Part shown: positions 57,088-64,000 of the stretch, in pieces
Layout: every line of letters starts with the position of its first letter
Numbering within the stretch: position 1 is the stretch's first letter
Source of the DNA: a virus
Strand: one strand, 5' to 3'
DNA length: 64,000 nt
Virus record (IMG/VR): IMGVR_UViG_3300049811_000081
Coordinates: 32,001-96,000 of that record
Notes under the pieces: generated by a model
Seen by the model: only the letters and a program-made list of their open reading frames with translations
Told to the model about the DNA's origin: nothing
Database searches by the model: none
Position numbers and translations under genes: made by a program

Positions 57088-57821
57088 GTGATAGCATAAG
57101 TTTTTTATTTGGAGGTAGATTAGGTGATTTTATTCATGGATTGTGTGTCTGTAAATACAACTGGGAGCTCACAGGGAAGAAATGTGACATCTATATGGAT
57201 AACATAGGGGATATATTCCAAAATGGGTTAGAACCCACCTATAAGGATTTAAAACCCATTTTAGACAAACAGGAGTGGTGTAATTCATTCGAGATATACA
57301 ATAGAACCACCCATATTGACATAAATGTGGTTAATTTCAGGAGAAGTCCTCTCTTATGTAGAACAAATTGGATTGAAATTTATTTCAAAACTTTTTTCAA
57401 CATCGATAACCCACCCAAGGAATATTCATGGTTAACTCTAGAAAAAGATGAAAAATATAAGGACATGGTTCTTGTTAATAGAAACATGAACTCTATGAGT
57501 GACAACACAACGGAAATGTATCGAAAAAAATTAAAAAAATATGATAGCGTGTCATTCATCTGTTTTGACAAGAAACAATATGAAAATTTTAAATTGAAAG
57601 ATGAATACCCCGTAATTTATGTTGATAACCTCTATGACTTTGCGGTTAAAATCAATAGTTGCAAATTATTTGTTGGGAACCAATCAGCGCCGATGGCGTT
57701 AGCGGTTGCATTAAATGTCCCAAGATATACGGAACTATATGGAAAAATCGATCATATTCATTATATGAAAGATATTGTTTATTATCAAAATTATGATTAT
57801 TTTATTGGGGATAACTATTGA
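57084..57821 (+). CDS. GT9/heptosyltransferase-like glycosyltransferase
   Basis: GRLGDFI N-terminus; FVGNQSAPxxLAxAL. Confidence 0.7.
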   Translation: MSDSISFLFGGRLGDFIHGLCVCKYNWELTGKKCDIYMDNIGDIFQNGLEPTYKDLKPILDKQEWCNSFEIYNRTTHIDINVVNFRRSPLLCRTNWIEIYFKTFFNIDNPPKEYSWLTLEKDEKYKDMVLVNRNMNSMSDNTTEMYRKKLKKYDSVSFICFDKKQYENFKLKDEYPVIYVDNLYDFAVKINSCKLFVGNQSAPMALAVALNVPRYTELYGKIDHIHYMKDIVYYQNYDYFIGDNY

Positions 57822-58909
57822 TCATGAACATATCTTTTGTACTTGCGGTTTACAATAATTTAGAGTTAACTGTTAATGCTTATAATGATTTAAGAAAAAA
57901 GTACCCCAATGTTCCTTTAATTATAACAAGTGGAGGATCTACGGATGGCACCCATGAGTGGTTAAAATCTCTAACCGATAGTAATTTAATATTTGATATT
58001 GAAGAAAATCGTAGAACGTTTTCTCAAAATTTTAATAAAGGAATAAAATTAGTTCAAACAGAAAAATTAGTACTAATACATAATGACATGATCCTTGGGG
58101 ATATGTTTTTGGAAAACATAGAAAAACACTCATCTCCCAACAGATTATTATCTTATACAACGATTGAGCCATCGATATATTCCACACACATAAGACCTGG
58201 TAAAGTAATCCTAAATTTAGGTCACGATTTTAACGATTTCGATAATACGAATTTTAATCTATACGTCAATCAACACAAAGAAACGTGTACATTGTACGAT
58301 GGTGCATCATTCTTTATGAGTGGTTACAAATCATTATTCGAGAGTGTTGGGTATTTTGATGAATTTTCTTTTATTCCTTCATTTTGTGAAGATGATGATT
58401 TTTTAATCAGAACAAAACTCAATGATTTTGAATTAAAAACAATCACTTGCGCAATTGTATATCATTTTGTATCAAAAACATCAAGATCATCTTCATCATA
58501 TGAAAACGAATTAAACTCAAATAGAAACTTCATAAGAAAATGGGGAGCTCCGATAAAAACGTTTCAGGACATGAAATATTGGGTAAATAGTGATTTTTGG
58601 GGATATAATCCTAAAAAAATTGAACTACTTAAGTCTGACTTTGAAAATGTCCCCGATATCGAACCGTTCTTTAAAAAAATAGTGATTGATAACGGATATG
58701 ATTTCGGATATGTAAAAGAAGAACAGAAAAAAACGAATTACGACGTAAAAGGTAAGTTCATCGATCCCATTCAATGTGATGTTACCATCCATTTAATTGG
58801 AAAATTAACAGTATCCAATTTAGATTTCTTTTCTAAAATGCAGTTTGTTTTACCTAAGTATAGTAAGGGTGTGTACAAACACGAAAACTTAATGATTAGT
58901 ATCCATTAA
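57818..58909 (+). CDS. GT2-family glycosyltransferase
   Basis: GSTDGT, HNDM, FDExF..EDDD and VYHFVS motifs. Confidence 0.88.
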   Translation: MIMNISFVLAVYNNLELTVNAYNDLRKKYPNVPLIITSGGSTDGTHEWLKSLTDSNLIFDIEENRRTFSQNFNKGIKLVQTEKLVLIHNDMILGDMFLENIEKHSSPNRLLSYTTIEPSIYSTHIRPGKVILNLGHDFNDFDNTNFNLYVNQHKETCTLYDGASFFMSGYKSLFESVGYFDEFSFIPSFCEDDDFLIRTKLNDFELKTITCAIVYHFVSKTSRSSSSYENELNSNRNFIRKWGAPIKTFQDMKYWVNSDFWGYNPKKIELLKSDFENVPDIEPFFKKIVIDNGYDFGYVKEEQKKTNYDVKGKFIDPIQCDVTIHLIGKLTVSNLDFFSKMQFVLPKYSKGVYKHENLMISIH

Positions 58910-61042
58910 TAATTTTTCGATTTGAGTTATCACCATTTCAGAAGTGATTTGTTTTGAACACTCAAATTGTCTGTTCGTGTTTTTATGTACAGGACACCAA
59001 TTCCAGTCTCCCGCATCAAAATTGTAATTATGCCAACATCCGTGACAAACATCTTTATTTATTACTCGATAAATCCCGTTAGTTGGTTCAAGGTATTCAT
59101 CGGTAAATCCTGATATGAGTATTGTTGGTGTTCCTCCAGCCCAAGATAACCAACTTAAACCACTACTTACACCAATGAAGAATTCGGATTCTTGCATCAC
59201 CTTTAATATACCAAGTAGGTCGGTTCTTTCTTGTTGAACAACACCTGTTGGGTTTTTATTTCCCATATAACCATCTTCTTCGTTTGATAATAGTCTAACC
59301 TCATATCCTTTACCATTTAAATAATCAACAACTTCTTGCCATCCATTTTCATTATTCCAATATTTGCATTGTGCTGTTGAGTGTATTCCTATACATACTC
59401 TTTTGCGTTTATTCCTACCTAATTTAGGAAGTCTTGGTTTGAGTTCTTCATATTGTAATCCTAAAATATCCGAAGCAATCTTCATTAAAGGTTGTTTATA
59501 TGGATCTAATGGATGTGCGGTTTCGTCAAATCCATCTTTTGTTTTAAACAACCCTATTCGATACTGAGCATATATGTCATGTACAACCTCATTTGGTTTA
59601 ATGAAATTAATTTCCGGATATTGGGTTTCAAATAAGTTGTTATGGAATGTGGAACAAATAACGTAACAATTTTTTTCTTTCCTAAATTGTTCTACATACG
59701 GTATCCAAGCAATCGTGTCTCCGACAGATTTAGATTCCAGTGAAATCAAAATACGTTTTCTGGTCGGATCAAAAATAAAATCTTTCTGAAATTTTTTAGA
59801 TTTAACACTAATTTTCCAATCAACATAATATTTTAAATTAGCTCTGTGCCAATGATTGTTTTTTGATTTAACCCTATAAACTTCAAGATTTCTTTTTGTA
59901 TCAGTAAAAGAAATATCAAATATACCCAATTCATCATCAATGATTTCAAAAAATGGTCCGTCAATAAAGTGATAATTAATTTGTTTTGGTGGTTTTGTCA
60001 TAATTTCTTTGTTTTTCCAATGTAGTATATTTTGTCTGGTGTCCCTAAAATCAGTTATGTCTTTTAATAAAAATTGTGAATAAACTTCAACACCGAGATA
60101 ATATATGTTAACTATTTTAAATTTTTCGTATTTACCTAGATTTTGTAACGTAAATTTATTTACACCTAAAGTAATAAATTTTTTAATATCACCATATGTT
60201 ATTTCCAACAAATATTGTTTTTCTTTATCATCGGTTTCGGTACAATTATTAATAAAAAGATATAATTCATCATCATGATCGGCAGCACATAAAACATCAA
60301 ACGAAATACCATTCCTGTCTATCCCTCCCCTATTCCAAACAGCAACTTTATTAAATTCATTATCGTTTGGTATGTAGTCCGTTATTTTTATATTTTGGGT
60401 CAAATTGGTTAAACAAGTATAGAAAACGTGCTCTAAAGAAAATCCTGTTGGTCTGTTATAAAAATATTCTTTTTTAGTTTTAATCTGATCAACTAAGTTA
60501 ACCGCGACATCGGTTCTTATTGAAAAAATATATGTTGCACAATATGGTTGTTCAACATTGTGTTTAGTAGAATTTTTGTGATACTCATAAATAACAGCAT
60601 CCCAATATTCTAATTCTTCTAAAAAGGCTTGTCTATATTGTACGTGATCGGGTAAATTATCATACTCCATAAAATGGATATATTTTTTACCCAAATACTT
60701 GGCAAAATTAAACGAATTTCTCATGGTCTCCCATATGGCATAATCATGATGAAACTCATATGTTGTCTCAATTTTGAAATCGTTTGTTTCAAACCAAATA
60801 CCACTACCAACACCAAAATCATTATATTCTTCCAATAACAATAAAGGATTGTTTTTATCATAGATGAAATAATCTACCATATTCTGTATTTCCACAGAAA
60901 CGGTTTGGTGTCCACATAACAGTATATCAACATTAAACTCTCTTAATCTTTTTAATAATTGAATTAAATATTCCTTTTTTTCTTCTGTATTAATCCAATA
61001 ATCAACAATAAAAATATGATCTTTCCGATTTTCTTCCATCAT
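58889..61042 (-). CDS. Autotransporter O-heptosyltransferase (AAH/TibC-like) with extra N-terminal domain
   Basis: SxSVGDTIAWxPY, STAQCKYWN, FIGVSSGLSWL and four-Cys CHGC..WCP..FEC motif. Confidence 0.85.
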   Translation of the reverse strand: MMEENRKDHIFIVDYWINTEEKKEYLIQLLKRLREFNVDILLCGHQTVSVEIQNMVDYFIYDKNNPLLLLEEYNDFGVGSGIWFETNDFKIETTYEFHHDYAIWETMRNSFNFAKYLGKKYIHFMEYDNLPDHVQYRQAFLEELEYWDAVIYEYHKNSTKHNVEQPYCATYIFSIRTDVAVNLVDQIKTKKEYFYNRPTGFSLEHVFYTCLTNLTQNIKITDYIPNDNEFNKVAVWNRGGIDRNGISFDVLCAADHDDELYLFINNCTETDDKEKQYLLEITYGDIKKFITLGVNKFTLQNLGKYEKFKIVNIYYLGVEVYSQFLLKDITDFRDTRQNILHWKNKEIMTKPPKQINYHFIDGPFFEIIDDELGIFDISFTDTKRNLEVYRVKSKNNHWHRANLKYYVDWKISVKSKKFQKDFIFDPTRKRILISLESKSVGDTIAWIPYVEQFRKEKNCYVICSTFHNNLFETQYPEINFIKPNEVVHDIYAQYRIGLFKTKDGFDETAHPLDPYKQPLMKIASDILGLQYEELKPRLPKLGRNKRKRVCIGIHSTAQCKYWNNENGWQEVVDYLNGKGYEVRLLSNEEDGYMGNKNPTGVVQQERTDLLGILKVMQESEFFIGVSSGLSWLSWAGGTPTILISGFTDEYLEPTNGIYRVINKDVCHGCWHNYNFDAGDWNWCPVHKNTNRQFECSKQITSEMVITQIEKLLMDTNH

Positions 61043-61051
61043 TATAAAATT

Positions 61052-63778
61052 TTACTCTCTCCAAAAATATAACATTTGTAAATTGTTGTCTGTACCTAAA
61101 AACATTATAAACGATCTAAATCCGAGACTGTTTAATCTATTTATCAAGTTGTTTCTATCGTTTTCATTATAAAAAAAATGTGCATGATGATACTCCATCG
61201 ATATGTTTTTAATCTTTAAAAGATTTTCATCACTAATACCAGAAAATATATCTAATTCTGACCCTTCCACATCTACTTTTAAGAAATCAATTTTATCTAT
61301 CAAATTGGATTCAAAAAGATAATCAAGTGTATAGGTTCTTGCTTTATAAAAATTTTGTCCAAATTCTTTATTTAAAAAATTAGAACCACCTAAATGATCA
61401 CTTTCGTAAAAGTACCCCCGACCAACTTCGCTATGGACACCCGCATTAAAAAGAATTGATCTATCATCAGAATTTAATTGTAATAGTTTGAAATATCGCT
61501 TATCTGGTTCAAAAGATATAACTTTAGATGCTCCTTGTGAATATGCCCATCTGTTGAAGATACCGATATTTGCTCCTAAATCAACAACAATGTCACCATC
61601 ATTTATTCTTTTGGTTCTGTGTAAATAATAGTCTTGTAGATTAAAAATTTCGTGATATATACAATAATCCCAACCGTATTGATCCGCGACCTGTAAAGAA
61701 GATCCTTCAAACCCTTTTATTTCCCCCAAATTTTTACAAACATTTTCTTCGGTGAAGAAATATTCAGAACTGTGAAAGTTTTTATCTCTTTTTAATTTAA
61801 TAAAATTTATCATTTTTTCCGAAACCTCGGAATTCTTATTTCCATGAAAATATATGATATTGGATTTATCTTTTGGTATGAACTGATATCCATAAATTTT
61901 ATTAAAGTTGTAGGGACCGTTTTTCACCCAAAAAGTAAAAAAATCTTTTAAATTATTTGCAGTGTAACCAACATCCCCATCATATGATGATGTGTCAAAA
62001 TTTGACAACGGTAAATATTTTTTAAACCCATATTTCCATCTTAAAAAATTATCAATACCCTCATCATTCCATAGGAGATATTTTTTGTAATCAATTAAGG
62101 GAATTTGCTTATATACCTCAATTATTTCATTAAACCACCACTCACATTTCTTATTGTAGATGTACATACAGACATGGGCATAGGGATCTGATTTTTTCAC
62201 CTGAAATAATTCACACAGTTTTTCATTAAAGAGTTGAGTTTCTTTTTTATCATTATATTCACCGAAAAATTCTTTTTGTACATGGATGTCAGATATTGGG
62301 TAATTATCAATTTCTTTCATGTATTTGTTTATGTTGTCGATATTGTAGTTAACAATTACATCCCCATCAATCCATACATAATTTTCATAATCTTCTTTTA
62401 GTGATTCTATACATGCATACTGTTTCCAATACCATCTATCATGTTCGGAATACTTTGGTGGGTTGATTGTTTTCTTGATTAAGCATGGGTAATCAAATGG
62501 AACATCACAATCCACACCGTATACTATAATTTTATGATTGGAAAATTCATTTATGGATTTAACTAATTTTTCGATTACAGGCATATATCCAATATTACCC
62601 GTTGTTACAAAAACAAAATTATTATCGGAATTTATTTTTAATAAATGTTCCGATACTTGTGAAGCGATTTTTCCCCAATTAAATTCTTCATGTATTTCCT
62701 GACTTTCTTTTATTGATCTTTTTTTATAGAGATCGTGGGTTTCATAAACCAATTTCATTTTGTATGATAGGTCTTGGAAATCGGGTTCAATATAATTTCC
62801 AACAAAATTAGGGTCTTGTTTTGTTGCTGGTACCTCATCTAAAACACTAACAGGTATTCCCTTACCATTTGCAAACTGTAATTGTGCTCCCCAATTTGAA
62901 TATATTGATGGGGTTCCGCAAGACATTGCCTCAATTAATGGCAAATTCCATCCCTCACTTCTGGCACAAGAAACAAAAACATGACCTTTTTTTAAATAGG
63001 TGATATAGTCTTCTCTTTTTAAAAAATGTAAAACTTTTACTTTATCATTGATTAATCCATAATGATCTAACCTTTCTTCGGTTGAATTAAATCCGTCATT
63101 TGCAAACATATTATCTGCGGATACGAGTAATTGTACGTTATTATTTTGTTTAAATGTTTCAATAAAGGTCTCAATGATTTCCTTTGTTGATTTTCTGTAT
63201 TCCCATCTACCAAACAATAAAAAAGTGAATTTTTCAAACTGTTCTATGTTTTCTTCTGGTTTAAATATGTTAACATCAACCCCCTCTGGTACTACAAATA
63301 TTTTATCTTTATCATAACCTTGTTTAATTAAATTATTTTTTTGCCATTCACTCGGCACCCAAAATTCGTCTAATGTTTTTATTTGATTAAAAAAGTTGTA
63401 TGGGTATTCGGTAGTTTCCCAAACATTGTATCCGATAACATAACCGTCGTATTTGTCATAAAAATACCTATGGTTAACATCATTGAGTATAATGTGTAGG
63501 TCTGGTTTAAAATCAAAATTATACCCATATAAAGGAAAATCTGTTACCGTACCGTCTGAGTTATATAATGTTTGTAAAATCAACATATTCCTCATTTCTT
63601 CCGTCATATACGGTTCTTCATCATGAGCATACTGATTATACCCCTTCCATGTTTTACCGACGGTGTAATTTCTAATTTTTACGGTATGGAATTTATTTAA
63701 GGCTGTGAAAAAAGATCTTGCATGGTTATTATACCCAGTATCCCCAATAAATGAGGTGTGTACCAATATTTTCATCAT
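61052..63778 (-). CDS. GT4 + GT-A-like + FkbM methyltransferase triple fusion
   Basis: GRWEYRK, EGWNLPLIEAM; WIDGD, DE, FHG; VDLGANIG, FEP, KVDVEGSE. Confidence 0.85.
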   Translation of the reverse strand: MMKILVHTSFIGDTGYNNHARSFFTALNKFHTVKIRNYTVGKTWKGYNQYAHDEEPYMTEEMRNMLILQTLYNSDGTVTDFPLYGYNFDFKPDLHIILNDVNHRYFYDKYDGYVIGYNVWETTEYPYNFFNQIKTLDEFWVPSEWQKNNLIKQGYDKDKIFVVPEGVDVNIFKPEENIEQFEKFTFLLFGRWEYRKSTKEIIETFIETFKQNNNVQLLVSADNMFANDGFNSTEERLDHYGLINDKVKVLHFLKREDYITYLKKGHVFVSCARSEGWNLPLIEAMSCGTPSIYSNWGAQLQFANGKGIPVSVLDEVPATKQDPNFVGNYIEPDFQDLSYKMKLVYETHDLYKKRSIKESQEIHEEFNWGKIASQVSEHLLKINSDNNFVFVTTGNIGYMPVIEKLVKSINEFSNHKIIVYGVDCDVPFDYPCLIKKTINPPKYSEHDRWYWKQYACIESLKEDYENYVWIDGDVIVNYNIDNINKYMKEIDNYPISDIHVQKEFFGEYNDKKETQLFNEKLCELFQVKKSDPYAHVCMYIYNKKCEWWFNEIIEVYKQIPLIDYKKYLLWNDEGIDNFLRWKYGFKKYLPLSNFDTSSYDGDVGYTANNLKDFFTFWVKNGPYNFNKIYGYQFIPKDKSNIIYFHGNKNSEVSEKMINFIKLKRDKNFHSSEYFFTEENVCKNLGEIKGFEGSSLQVADQYGWDYCIYHEIFNLQDYYLHRTKRINDGDIVVDLGANIGIFNRWAYSQGASKVISFEPDKRYFKLLQLNSDDRSILFNAGVHSEVGRGYFYESDHLGGSNFLNKEFGQNFYKARTYTLDYLFESNLIDKIDFLKVDVEGSELDIFSGISDENLLKIKNISMEYHHAHFFYNENDRNNLINRLNSLGFRSFIMFLGTDNNLQMLYFWRE

Positions 63779-63806
63779 TAAAATCTAATAAAAAAATTCG
63801 AAAACG

Positions 63807-64000
63807 TCAATAATCATCATTAGATGAGATCCATTGAATAAATCTGACACCACTTGATGGTGAAAGTCTAACAACGATAAATGCTGCACCCCAATCCGCT
63901 GATGTACCAAATGTTGGGTTATACGTTTGATCACCTGACGCCGTAACTAATTTTCTTTGGGATATTATTTCGTTACCGGCGGTTGTGGTACCAACCCCGA
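63807..64000 (-). CDS. Partial Gly/Thr/Ser-rich protein (C-terminus), possibly structural
   Basis: Manual translation GVGTTTAGNEIISQRKLVTASGDQTYNPTFGTSADWGAAF...NDDY*. Confidence 0.55.
   Translation of the reverse strand, partial: GVGTTTAGNEIISQRKLVTASGDQTYNPTFGTSADWGAAFIVVRLSPSSGVRFIQWISSNDDY

Noticed and set aside
528-59567. Numerous short antisense or out-of-frame ORFs in the track (e.g. 2469..2825+, 25581..25958+, 39440..39820+, 49725..50126-)
   Set aside because: They lie inside well-supported genes on the opposite strand and have the low-complexity F/S/I composition expected of shadow ORFs.
43124-63778. Bacterial O-antigen/capsule locus (contig is chromosomal)
   Set aside because: No wzx/wzy/wzm/wzt or initiating transferase; flanked by phage-type genes and the same TATTTAT motifs.
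1-64000. CRISPR array, diversity-generating retroelement, or stop-codon recoding
   Set aside because: No regularly spaced repeats and no reverse transcriptase were seen; conserved enzymes are full length under the standard code.

Overview
AT-rich, gene-dense 64 kb segment that reads as part of a large (jumbo/huge-type) dsDNA tailed phage, most likely infecting Bacteroidota. Host clues are TAnnTTTG promoters, no Shine-Dalgarno motifs, signal peptides followed by Gln and a Cys-KKNEE lipoprotein. It uses the standard genetic code; no tRNA, rRNA or CRISPR array was recognised. Positions 1-42.8 kb are mostly minus-strand small accessory genes. These include three orphan DNA methyltransferases, ThyA with a free-standing GIY-YIG endonuclease, a LAGLIDADG endonuclease, and a dispersed RNA-repair/counter-defence set (RtcB, NADAR, cyclic-phosphate receiver, metallophosphoesterase, ASCH, SpoU, SpoT-like HD hydrolase, DEDD exonuclease). 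There are also several paralog families and a three-domain cell-wall hydrolase. Positions 43.1-63.8 kb are a ~20 kb glycosylation island: GT4/GT2/GT9-like enzymes, Gmd, a sugar C-methyltransferase, WavE, a kinase-aldolase fusion, a nucleotidyltransferase, FkbM/TylF methyltransferases and an AAH/TibC-like protein heptosyltransferase. The strongest novel candidate is a ~208-nt highly structured, pseudoknotted non-coding RNA at 26547-26754 (minus strand). It has its own promoter and a boxA-like leader and lies upstream of the NADAR-RtcB genes. Other candidates are start-codon-sequestering hairpins containing internal promoters, a 30-bp direct repeat shared by two unrelated genes, and the glycosylation island. 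All family assignments come from motif recognition by eye, without database searches.
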